Positions 13,059 through 25,700 of a stretch of 64,000 bases of DNA are shown in pieces. Source of the stretch: Chrysomallon squamiferum. Its lineage: Eukaryota; Animalia; Mollusca. Location: NCBI GenBank assembly GCA_012295275.1, contig CM022673.1:27404001-27468000 (forward strand). Reading direction: 5' to 3'. The translations under genes were made by a program, and so were the position numbers. How positions within the stretch are numbered: position 1 is the first letter of the stretch; the number at the start of each line of letters is the position of its first letter. The notes under the pieces are model-generated. The model saw only the letters and a list, made by a program, of their open reading frames with translations. It did no database searches and was not told the DNA's origin.

Positions 13059-14119
13059 TTTATTATAAACCGGAAACACCTCAAGAACGTTAATTCTTGT
13101 TATCTTAAATGGCGTTCTCGTTATAATTTATTATTTCAACAATAACAATAATAATAATAACAATAACAATAACAACAACAACAACAATAATAACAGTACT
13201 TATTTAATTAATAAAATTATACAGAAAAATAAATTTTAAAAAGTGAGGGAAATTTTACTTTATCAAAACGATTTAAGAAATAAGTCAGAACTGTTAGTGC
13301 ATTACAGAACATTTGGTTGAACGGATAAAGATATCTTTAAACAGAAACTAACTTGTGACAGTGACAATGCCCGTTATGTATTGTTCTGTATTTTACGTCA
13401 TTGGTCAACGTCATTTATTCTCATGGTATTGATTATATTACATAATGTCCTTGGCAATGGTTAAAGGCATTCAGAACAATGCACCAAGCTGGGTTTTTTT
13501 TTGGGGGGGGTTAATTCATATTTAAAAGGGGAAGATAAAAAATAACTCGAAACATGTATATATAAATCTTTAGAGGAACAAATATAGGAGAGAGAGAGAG
13601 AGAGATTTTGAAATATTTTAATGTTTATTAGTATAAATTAAACACCAGTTTAATGATATTTTAAATAATATATTTGTGTTTGTATATGATTATTTTTCTA
13701 TATGAATTTCGATAATAGGAGATGATTAAAAAGAAAATATTTATTTCATTTCTATTGTTACATGTTATTATGATGTAAGCACTTTTGGTATATATATATA
13801 AAGAGAATAACTATCATTTATTGAATTATCATTCTTTCTTTTAAAGACATTTTAAGTCGTCTTGAACTTGAAGATTTCACATTTCCTTTTTAATCTTACA
13901 TTTTCGGACGTTATATAGAAATATATATCTAGGACAAGAATTGGAGATAAGATCAGACAGAAAATATTGTTATCAAATTATTAAATAAATGATTTGCAGT
14001 TAATATTATATTTTAAGTGATATCGCATGTTATTATTTTGTACTTAAAAAATTTGAAAAATAGATATATAAGGATTATTCCTTATTCCACATCTTAATGC
14101 ACAATTTGTATAATTAAAA

Positions 14120-14165
14120 TTTACGGAAGTAGTCGACGGAAGTAGCTTTCGGCGAGCGGGAACCA
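14120..14165 (+). promoter_or_regulatory. Candidate DBF4 core promoter: tandem ETS/GABP-like sites and E2F-like sites
   Basis: CGGAAGTAG twice (cggaagtagtcgacggaagtagc) followed by TTTCGGCG and GCGGGAA, in a tiny CpG cluster within very AT-rich DNA. DBF4/ASK is a known E2F target in mammals. Confidence 0.5.
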
Positions 14166-14613
14166 CAAAAATCAAAGTTACAGAAATACCGTAGAAATTA
14201 TTTTAGAGACTTCCTTATTTTTTTTCTTCATTATGTTTATTATTTTTAAATTACGTTTTTAGTACGAAATACTAATTAGTCATTTTCTGTTAACATAAAT
14301 AATAATTTTAAAAAACCCAAAACTTTGAATTAATTTAATGAATGTCAGAAATCGTTTATCTAGTTAGCGATTCACTTTTCTATTTCATTATTTGATTGAC
14401 TACAGCCTATATATTCTTTTATGCTATATGATAGTAACTGTATTTGTAATAATAATTAATTCAAAAAGCAGAAGATATTTTAATTATAGTAATATTAGTA
14501 AAAGGATGATGATTATCATTATTATAAACAATTGTGGGTACTTGCAGTCTTGTACGTAAACGTTAGGCTTAGCATTTAGTAAGTTATGAGTAGCTTTTGG
14601 ATCTGGTATAATT

Positions 14614-14668
14614 ATGAAGAAAAATGATAAACAAAGTAAGTCATCAGATGGATACAAAATTTATTTGT

Positions 14669-14703
<35 letters not shown>

Positions 14704-17700
14704 CTTAACTAATATTTGAAGTTAAATTTGTTATATGTGATTTTTGTATTTGAATAAAAAATACATTAAATTTTATTACTAACCCAAAATTTTATTATAT
14801 TGATATTCATTACTGGGTTTGATCATATTCAGAATTTGAAAAACAATTTCATAACATTTGTAAAGTCTGCCAAAATTGGCATATATATTTCCAATTTCCA
14901 GACGGCAGTAAAATATTTTACATGATGCACAGTTATAATAAATTAATATTACACCATATCTAGAAATACAAATTATGTCAGTTTATAAATTATGTACATG
15001 TATATTTTTAATAGCAGAGGTAATCAGTAGTAAACTGGAAAGGACCAGAAGACAGTTGGATTTTGAAAAGAGGAAGAAATCAGGTTCACTTTTGAAGAAA
15101 AAGTTTTATCTGGATATCAAAGATGGTCGTCAGATGCGTCATCTTGAAGCAAAACTGAAACAGCTTGGAGCGGTAATGACTTCATTTTATTTACTAACAC
15201 CATTACAACGTTTCCTGTAAACAATACAGTTCAGAATTTTATTTTTAAAAATATGTATTAAAACTAAAAAAAAACCTCCAGAAAACAAGAACCTCCCCTA
15301 AAAAAATAACAAAATAATAATGATGTGAAGTGCTTATTAGAATAATATAAAAATAGTAATTGGTTTATTTTTTTTTTTGTCATTATTTAGAACTGAGAAA
15401 CATATTTAATAGTGAGAACCTTTTCTAGAAGTCATAATGTTAAAAATGTATTATTTTGACAGGTAACACACAAAACAATCTTCAATTATTGCACAAAAAT
15501 ATTTTCCTTTTTGTTTTAAAATTTTTGAAAAATGTTTATATATTTTTTTTTTTACAGACTATTGAGAAGTTTTTAAGTAAGGAAGTCAACTATATCATCA
15601 CAAGCAATCCTCTGCTTTCAAAACACAAGTCTGATAAGCAAACTGGAGCTGGTGATAATACAAATACACAGAATACTTCAACACCAAGTCCTTTCAATCT
15701 AGGGCAGTCCCCATCACCAAATGCCACCGCTGAACTTAGGAGAATTGAGAATGTAAGTAGCTCAGAGTTTTAAAAAAAATAATTTATCTACTGTTTCAAC
15801 ATTTTCTGTACATACTAGTACTTGTATGGTAAACTTTGCTTACTGCATATATCTGATCTGAATGACCACTTTCTGTATTTTTTATGAATAAATATCTGTG
15901 TGTGTGTATGTGTCTGTGTCTGAGTCTGTGTCTGTGTCTGTGTCTGTGTGTAGTAATTTAACAAACATGTAAATAAAATAAGATATCCACAACTGCAGTC
16001 TTGAGACATTCAGTTAAGAAATGAGGTTTTTATTAATGTTGATATTATTAATGATTATTAACTCTTTCTTCAATTAAGCATTTTCCAATGGTTTCCAGAC
16101 ATGTTTTAACTACGTTGATATATGCAATTGTGCATTCTTTCTTTCTTTCTGTCAAAGGTGCCAAGAGGAAAGACACTTGCTAAAATTGCAGGCGGCCAAC
16201 AATCTGTGAGTGAGATTCTTCTTCCTTATCTTTTCTTTAATAGATGTCACTTAGTCTGTAACAACGAAATAATGTGTTTCAGTTATAAACAATTTAAAAA
16301 TAACTAAAGCTTTAAAGAGTATAATAATTAAAAACATGTGATGATTATATACTGCTGTCATTGAACAAGTTAACATATGATGAAGTATTATCTAAGATTA
16401 TTTGTTTAACAGTCGGTAATATCTTTACTTTTTTTGTTTGCAGCCAAACACTGTGTTGGAAAATGCACAGAAAATGGGGATTAAAGTTGTGTCTTATGAC
16501 CGTAAGTTGTGTTTAGCATATTGTAATACTTCTTATTAATTTATTTTTCTAAATTTTGTTTTATCAAGACTATGGCAATGTACAACTAAGAGAAGAAAGA
16601 GAAAAAGTATCAAAATGATGTTAGGTTTTACACTTCAGTAATGTTTTTCAATATTTTATTTCATTCTGTCTTAAATTACAACAGCAGTTATTTATTTATT
16701 TTAGTTTATTTTTTGATGTGTTTTACACCTCACAGTATTAACAGTAACAAAACTAAATACAACTGGCATCAAGTGATAAACCTACAGTAAAAGCAAATAA
16801 CCTAATATAGACAGCAAATTATTTACAGCACCTGGTCTTCATTTGCAGTGTAATAAAACAGTTTAAAGGGACATTAATAAGAAATTTCATTATTAAAATG
16901 GGTGCATATAATCAATTTTATTACACTGTATCTTCTTTTAATGTTTATCATTAATTTAATTTAATTTGTTTTCAGAAACGGTTAGATATGTTGAAAAAGA
17001 AATGGCAAAACACAAGCCAGAAACAAGCAAACTGGTAAATACAATTATTAGTGTTCAGTTTGTTTTTGTTTAGAAACCTACTTTAATTATTAGTATTATT
17101 AACTTGATATTTTCAAAAAATTATATAAAATAGTTACAAATGATTATCATAATTTAATTATATTCCTATAATTAGTGAAATAATTTATTTTTTTTATGTG
17201 TTTATATATATATATATATTTATTATGTGTGTAATAAAATATAAAATAAACCTTATTGGTATTAATACTGATGAAAAGATGTAGCTTCTCTAATTTATTA
17301 TCCATTTTTTTGGCATCTAACATTATTCATAATGTAGATTTTGGTTTTCCTAGGTACCAAAGAAAAAGTCTGCTTGCTATCGAAACAAAGGTAATTAAAC
17401 AATTGATGTTTTTCATAATAATTTTTCTTTTTTATAAATGTCAAACTTTACATTTTTATTCTTATTATTATTAATTTGTAACCGAGATTGGAATTGCATT
17501 TCAAAGATTAAAACATTAAATTAAAGTTACCTTAAATTTAAGTTATGTAATATTCGATACACGCTTCAGATTAAAAACAAATAAATAATTTAATTTGAAC
17601 ATTTTAATGTAGCTACAGAGGTTAATATTGAAAAAAAAATTCTTATCTTTTTTTCTTTCTCACTTTTTACAGTCCAAACACTGAAGTCTCCATTTATAAA

Positions 17701-20700
17701 GTTTGAGTCGGAGAATTGTCAGTATCGTCCAGTTGTGCAAGAACTGGAATTGTGGCCTCACATCAATGTGGAGACACCTCAGGGAACCTGTCCATTTGAT
17801 GGACAACCCCTTGGTCATGCTCATCGCTCAGAAAGAGCAGAACATGAAATGAACGCAGAAAGAATTCATTCGCCAGACATTCCAGACACACCGAAATGTC
17901 AGGAACTTCACTCTCCAGACACTCCACACGATGAAGGGAAAAGGTAAAGAGAGTTAAAAATTAGAGTTTTCATCCGAAAAATGTTGATCAGTTTTAAGAT
18001 TGCATTCTAGTTGCAACTTATTCAGATACTAATTTTCATTATATTGATGTCTTCTCTACATGTAATTTCATTTATAAAAGGTCTTTTTATTTGTTCCCAT
18101 TTGTTTTTAGTAGATCATTTTTTAATTTTATAATATATTAATGAATGTCAGGTTTTACCTTCATAAATCTGTTAATATCAGGTTCAGATCATTTAAATTA
18201 AATCTTTAGGGGATGATGAACTGGCTTAAAAAGGCCTCAAACATAAAAAAATTAAAAATTTTGTATTTATTGTTATTATTGTTTCAGAATGTGTTGCAGA
18301 GGTAATGATGACAGCACCTGTAAATTACTTGGGTTTCCCATTTTGACAGCAGGTGAGATCAAGCAAGAACGGGAAAAAAAGCGTCGAGCAGCTCGCAAAC
18401 AAGGATATTGTGAAGCTTGTAAAGAAAAATATCAGAACATAGACAAGGTAAGATTGAAAGATTAAACTGAATGAAGTTAAAGTTGTGAAAAATAAAATAA
18501 TTACCGTGAAAATAAAAACCTGATATGTCAATTGTTACTGAATTGTATTTGTTCTTACCTTCAGACTGTATGCTTTGTAAAGTTCACGCAGATCATTTAT
18601 GCTCCAGTGTTATTTGTGGTTAATTAGTTAATCCTTTTTTTTTTCTTCTTTTTTTGTATAAATTTTCAGCACTTAGTTGGAGAACTTCATAAACAGTTTG
18701 TTCGTAACAAAGCAAATTTTGTAAAACTGGATAAACTAATAGAGTCAGGACCTTCCACAGCTACATTCATTTCAAGTGTTATCCTGAGACATTGTGTCTT
18801 AAAAGCCAAAGAAAAACCAAAATGGTAAGATTCATGGGACTTCTTTTGTGAAGAAAAGTTTTTTTAAATTTTTATATGGTTTGATTAGTATTGTTTAGCC
18901 AGATCATAAGAACCTATCTAGTTGTATTACCATAATCCAAATGAAATTTTTAATGAAAGAACATATTGTTTTAGCCGAGTATTTCAAAGTTTCTTGATGA
19001 AGGAAAGTAAATTACAAAATCAGTTAAATTTTTAATGTATTTGCTTATTAGCAAATTTAGACAAACATTTCATTTCATATTATTTGCTGTACAAGAATTC
19101 ACAATTTTATTTTTTGTTTTTATTTATTTTATTTTATTCAGCTCTAACGATGTTGAACATTCAGTGAAACTTGCAGATGATCAAATGCATACGCCCAAGA
19201 AAAATGCTGTGCCTACGAACCTGAACAGAGATTCATTGATTACTGAAGAAAGCAGTCCAAACAACAGAAAAACTGTGACAGAGCAGCCTTTACAGATGAT
19301 AGAGATGTCGCAGATCTGCCCTAAACAAAAAAGACCGAGCACTTTGTGACTGCACAGTGAAGCTGGACTCACTGAGTCGACAACTAGCTCAATCCTGCTC
19401 TCCTGGTAACTCTGCCAGACAATACCGAGGCACGACCGACTTGAAAAATGTGCAGCTGCGTTCTGCAGCTCTCGTAAATAATTCCTCTGCCAGAAGACTT
19501 TATGGATCTCCGGTGAGATCTGGTTTGAGAAAAGTTTATGTTCACAGAAACTCAAGACAGGAGATGGTCATTGGCAATTCTCAGATTGCCAGCTTGCAGA
19601 ATGTTGAAAGTGTTTTTAATTCTTATAGCCAGAATCAGATGATTCCATGTCTAGATTCTAGTGAAATTGAAGACTGTAGTGGTGGAGATTTACCAGGAAT
19701 GATGTCTGCACCAAGCAGCAATGCAGATATTAAGTGTGCATCTTCTGTTCCAGACGAAGAACATGTTGTACTGGAAGGTAAAGATTGCCATTTAAAAAAG
19801 GTACAGGAATTGTCTGATGAAATTTCAAATGTAGTGTCTGAATGTGCTGTTAAAACATGTTGTATGGAAAATGAAAATAGCATAATAATAAATGCAAATA
19901 TGTTATCAAATGACAGAAGTAATTGTCAATCGCCAACAAGTCATCAAGTGATTGTTTCAGATAAAGTTAAAAGCATTCAGTCCGAAGTGTCTTTGGATGA
20001 AAAAAAATCTGTTGTCTCAGTTAGTAGATTTAACAAAAGAGAAAACAAAATGACAAGAGATCAAATAGGAAACAGTAATACATTAAATTCAGATGTTTCT
20101 CAAAGTGTATCTCAGTTAGAAAATGTAAAAGACTGTGTTCAGCCAGTGAAAAGAACTCCTGAATGCAGTGAAGTGGTGATTTGGTCAGAAAGCTCACAAC
20201 AGTTAACAGAAATATCCGTCGATATCAACAAAACAAATGATGCAACCACAGTGACTGAAAATAATGACCTTCCAAAGCTGTCACTGCAAAAGAATGATGA
20301 CAGTTACAAAAATATTATCTTTTGTGAGAGTGCTGCCGAGAGAGTTAAAAACAGACGAGCAAAGTCCTCGAATAATAATGTTGACAAGGGTTCAAGGTAT
20401 GATGTCTCAGAAAATAACATGTATAGCAGTATTTCAAAACACAGAAAACGAAAGTCAACTACTGGTGAGTCTGCTGGTAGCTTTCAAACACATAGATCTA
20501 GACAGTCTTCTGGCAAAAGTGTAAGTAAAATATTTCCTTCAGGAGATGCTGAAAGCACTTGTTCAAGGACAGACAATCCTGAAAATTTTACTCACTTCGA
20601 TGATGAGCATTCAGTTAATGAAAGTACTGTGCATTCATCATTTGACAGAACTAGGAGGACACCTAAAGTTCCTGATTTTGAAAGTAAAACAAAAGAAGTA

Positions 20701-22746
20701 TCTGTGTGTTCTTTGTCCCCTAAGTACAAAAAAAATCCTCACAAACATAAGAAAGATTCTTGTGAGAATCATGATTCAAAAATCAGTTTGGATTTTAATG
20801 ACTATTCGTTATCATCATCACCTGTATTTAAGAGATCTCCGAGATATAGTAAGAAAACTGATATTCCTGTTTCAGCTGGTACTGTGAGGGAAAAAGAAAG
20901 TGAAGAAACTTTGTTCATAACAAAACACAGTGGGTTTTTAAGAAATGATAAATCTGGAAGAGATAAAGCTTTGGAAAATCACCAGCAGATGTATTTAAAG
21001 GAAACTGATATAGTTAATGTGGCTGATGTGAGCCCACAAGGAGCAAAGGTGAAAAAGGGTGAGGAAGAGGACTGGGACAGCCCTAAGAGTGGTTTCAGCA
21101 AAACTCCACAAGGAAAGAGCTTATTAAGGAGAAACCAGAATAATCAAGATGATGTCTTAAAACACAGTAAGAAAGCCAGGTTGAAAGTGAAGAAAACAAA
21201 ATTAACCTTTACATCAGAAGATAAAACTCAAGTGCCACTTGATAAAACAACTGAAGAAGCTGATACGGTTACTTCACATAATTCATTTGAATGTAACCGG
21301 AAGGGAAAATATACTGAGTCAGCACATGTGGCATTGCACGATCCATCTGAATATAACAAGGAAGTAAAAACGTCAATAGTTCAGCTGGATGAAGAAGTAA
21401 ATAATATCTCTTCAGAGACTGATATTAAAAGAGGTCTTAAAGATAATGCAGACTTGGCAACTAATTCCAAAATTTATATGGATGATGATAAACAATTTTC
21501 GAGAAAGGGACAGAAACGTAAATTGAATGAGGAGAATACAAATTCTTTCTCTGCGACAAAGAAATTTAAACTGAGTCACAGATGGAGGATTCTCAGTGAG
21601 AGAAGTGTGGGCAAGCTCCTGGAAAGTGAGTCAGATGCTCCTTCCTTCCATGGTTACAACAAGCAACTGGAGGCAAAGCTTCCGTCTGACCTGACCTATG
21701 ACGAATTATCGGAGATAGAAATAAGTGACAATTCAGACAAAGAATGGATCATAGACGAATTTTCCACTAGAAGCAAAAACGATGCTGGCTGTGTTAACAT
21801 GGAAGCTGATTTGGAAGCAGCTGCATTTAATGAATATTTAGCTTTGCAGACGTCTCCTCGTAAAGTGACGGATTCATCTTGGGATGATGCTTGTGACAGT
21901 TTTTTGAAAACCAAATATGAGAACGTGTCTACAAGTTGTTCTGGCAGCAAGCAGTCACTGTTTGCTGAAGGAAAACATAAATCAGTGAAAAGAGGTAAGC
22001 ATCAACAACGAGAGCACAAAAGGTCACATAAAAAGAAAGATAGATCTACAAATGAGAACGTCCTTGAGATCCCAGATGAAATAAACCATGATCCTACACC
22101 ACTGTATAGACAAAAGAAATCACATAAACAAAAAGACAAATCCATCAATAAGAATGTCTTTAAAATGCCAAATGGAACATACAATGATCCTGCGACACCT
22201 TGTAAAAAGAAACGGTCACACAGTCAAAAACACAAGTCTTTGAATGAGAATGTTTTAGAGATGATAGATGAAGTACTGGAAAATCCTGTGACACCTAGCA
22301 AACAGAAACGGTCACATAAAAAAACCCACAAGTCTTTGAATGAGAATGTATTAGAGATGCTAGATGTGAAACTTGATGAGCCTGCAACTCCTCACAAATG
22401 GAAAAAATCACATAAATCAACAGAAATTGTGGATTATGGTATTCAACAGATTGATAAAGATATATCATTTAACTTTTGCAGTCCACAGAAAAACAAACAT
22501 GAGTTAAGTTCCCTGAGAAGTGTTGGAGCATATTCATTATCCATGAATGAGGCTTCACCAACAAGAAGTAAACTTTATGATGATAATGAACACAGTACTC
22601 CATCAAGGCTGAAGAATAAGAGCAGTAAGAGAAAAAGGCATTCACAAGATGCTTGTTTGAAAATTAAGAAATCAGTTAATGTTGATTTTGAAGAAGGAAA
22701 AAGAACACCAAAAAAAGCAAAATGGAAAAATTCTTCTTTAAGTTAA
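14614..22746 (+). CDS. DBF4: Protein DBF4 homolog (ASK/chiffon, Cdc7 activator), 11 coding exons, frame disruption at about 19260-19349
   Basis: Exons 14614-14635, 15015(or 15018)-15172, 15558-15752, 16158-16205, 16444-16501, 16976-17034, 17354-17390, 17673-17943, 18288-18447, 18670-18824, 19142-22746, with consistent phases. Motif N (KKFYLD..LKQLGATIEKFLSKEVNYIITS; VLENAQKMGIKV), motif M (LKSPFIKFESENCQYRP..WPHIN..CPFD) and motif C zinc finger (KQGYCEACKEKYQNIDKHLVGELHKQF). The spliced frame stops at TGA 19347-49, and the long low-complexity ORF 19357-22746 is in another frame. Confidence 0.9.
22018..22419 (+). repeat. 4+ x 96-bp (32 aa) coding tandem repeat in DBF4 tail
   Basis: Units start at 22018, 22114, 22210, 22306 and 22402 (partial): K[RK]SH...[KR]S[LIT]N[EK]NV[LF]E[MI]...[DNE]P[AV]TPxK. 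Confidence 0.9.
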
Positions 22747-25700
22747 ATAAATATTATCATATGCAATTAATTCTTAGAAAAATATTTTTATTTATGTCAA
22801 ATTTGTTTCACTGAAAACTACTGGGTATCAAAGCACCTTTTCAGCATAAAACTTTGAAAAAGAAAAAATAATAATAGTAGGATTATTGTTGTTGATTTTT
22901 TAAAAATCATGTACTGTTGCTCAAATGATATTACTAGCATATTTTATTTTTATTCAGCAGCATTTAACTTTATCTGATATTCTACAAAACAAAAAATCAT
23001 ACTTGTTGTAAAAAATATAATATTAAAACAATGAAAACTGAACATCATTGTCAATGTCATAATAACATTATTTTCATACCCAAGCCAAATTATAATACCA
23101 TAAATCTTATAATCTCTCATAATCATACTCGTAAAGCTGTCATTGCTGTTTCAGTTTCCATTATCATCAACATACAGTATTAATGTTGTAATTTAGTCTT
23201 CATATCAGGAGCTATATTCTCATGCTGACTGTCAGAACATCAGTTCATCATTACCAGATGCTGTAAATTCATGTTAATGTCCATTTAGCTAATGTGTGAT
23301 ATTTTTTAAAAAAACTTTTAAGTACATGTTTAGGTAAACATACAACTGTTACTGTCTAAGTCAATACCAACGCAGTACATGTTTAATCATCATCATATAA
23401 TTAAAGTGCTGATATGTTTTAATTTATTATTTTTTACATTTTATTTAAATACTCTTTAAGGTGCCATCATCATAATCATCTTCGTCAGTAACCACAATAA
23501 GTGAATCACAGTAAGAAATTCAATCATTCCTGTTTGTTTACTTTTGTTTTCTTTTTTTCTGTTTAAATTATAATTTATTTTGATATCAGTAGATGTGTAG
23601 CACTATGTATAATGTATTGGATGCATACAAGAGTTCTTTGGGGCATCTTCTGCCACTAATTAAATATAGATACATAAAATCAGATTTCTCAGGCACAGAC
23701 CTACCATCTGATTAGTTAATGGAATTAATGTATTTGTGTAAAATATATTGTAATAACTAATACATATTGAGATAATCTTGTATGGAAGTTACATATGTTA
23801 AAACAAGTTACTGCTTTTTAAATAACAAATGCAGTTACTTCACAACTGTGTAACATTAACAATGCCCTTATTCTGTATAAAAACAATATGTGAATATGGT
23901 ATGTTATACATTTTATTCCTTTATCTAGACCTTGGGAATTACAACTGTGAATCCAACACATGATAATGGGAATGATTTTAATAAACGTGAGAAAACTGCA
24001 CAATATTAAGGACTGTTGCTGTAATATGCCATATTAGAATTTTCTAAATACGGAAATTGTTTTATTTTTTTATTATTATTATTATTATTATTTTTCCCTC
24101 TGAGTGTGTGTCTTTCATAAATTCTTATTGAAAAATTCTTAATATAATGATTACTTCATTGCTATTATTACTTAATCTTTGATTAGTACAGTGAGCTGAT
24201 CAACAAAAATAATTGAACTGTAAGCTCAGGGACAGTTGAATTAGGCTCAGTATTACGTGATAATACTTTCATAATACTTAACACTTAGTGTGCACAGAAT
24301 TATTTATTCAAAGCATTTACCATCAGTTTTTACACGTTTTTTTTTGAGCTTTTAATATGTTTCTGTTTTTTTTTTTTTTTAAATATATTCCAGTGAGTGG
24401 TTAAAAAATTGAACTGGTTTGCTGCTACATTTTATGTTGAAAGCTCAGCAGTAAAACAGTTAAAATAATGTCTGAAACAAAAGAATTAAATACAAGTATA
24501 AACTAGGTCTAGAATTAGTTTCAGCTTTTGTTTATGTAATCATGAAACATATTTATTACTGCCTGTGGAACTAGAAAATTATTAATATTACAATAATAGA
24601 ATAACAATAATATGTATATAATAAATAATAAATATTTGGTAAATTATTTCATTTTATAACATTATTTAATCTGCCTTACTAGATCTTAATATATTAACAA
24701 ACCACTGAATGAAATTAAGAATGTTATTATTCTCATTAGTAACTGAACATTTTTAGTATATATATATATATATATATACCATTAATAATGTTTGTGTGTA
24801 TATGCACACACATGTATACAGGTTACTGTTGTTTTTGTTATAGTTGTGGGATTAAATTTTAAATCCTGGTTAGCCACTTGTAGAAACAAAATTCCATGTA
24901 GATACAAAATAAATAAATAAATGAAGTTATCCTGTAATGTCATAACTGAGGAATATGATTCCACCTTGTTATCAGTATGAAGATTTTATACAGAAAATTA
25001 TTTGTGTGATAATAAATAGTTAGCAAACTTTAGTGTCTTACTTTATTAATTTGCCTTATTTTAATTATAGTTCAGAAAGCTATTTTCTGTGGTACCGAAA
25101 ATGCTTTTCACTAATCCGAAATGGTGTTTCTCATTCTTAAAAAACTGATCCATTCAGTGTAAGAAATTCGTATCACTTATTCATGCTTTGGAGTTGTCTG
25201 TTTTATGAAGAAATTGAATATTTATTGGTGGTCAAATTTAATACAGTAATTATATGGAAATGTAGTTGAAAGCCAATAATTGAACTTCTTTTTTATATAC
25301 ATATATCTTCTCCACTTAAATGAAAAAAATGTGAATCAGTTATCATCTTTGATAAACCTGTTGTTGAATGCTGACAGGAACAGATACTAAACCCAAAGGA
25401 AGAATCTACAAGAACTGATCTTGTAACCTTTAGCAATTAATTTCTAGTACAGAGCTACAGCCAGCCGAGTTACATAACAATCTGTGTAGAAATTAATGGT
25501 CTTTGTTACAGCTGCACAACTGCTATTTTAAAAATTATTCACAAGGACATTTAGGCTAATGGTTTAGTATTGATTGCTGTGTTAAATTCCAGAGAGTATC
25601 TGGAATAACTTGCTCTGCTTAATGCTTTGAAATGATGTTCATTATAAAATGTCTATTAAAGGTGGAAAAAAAAAACAACACCAAAAGCCTGCATTAAAAT

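Noticed and set aside
13060-14200. U2 snRNA gene upstream of WDR74, as in human
   Set aside because: No U2-like sequence seen on either strand.
19347-19409. Stop-codon readthrough at DBF4 TGA-CTG, or an alternative acceptor at cacag 19357
   Set aside because: Both stay in the first frame, which stops again at TAA about 20 codons later; neither reaches the long ORF.
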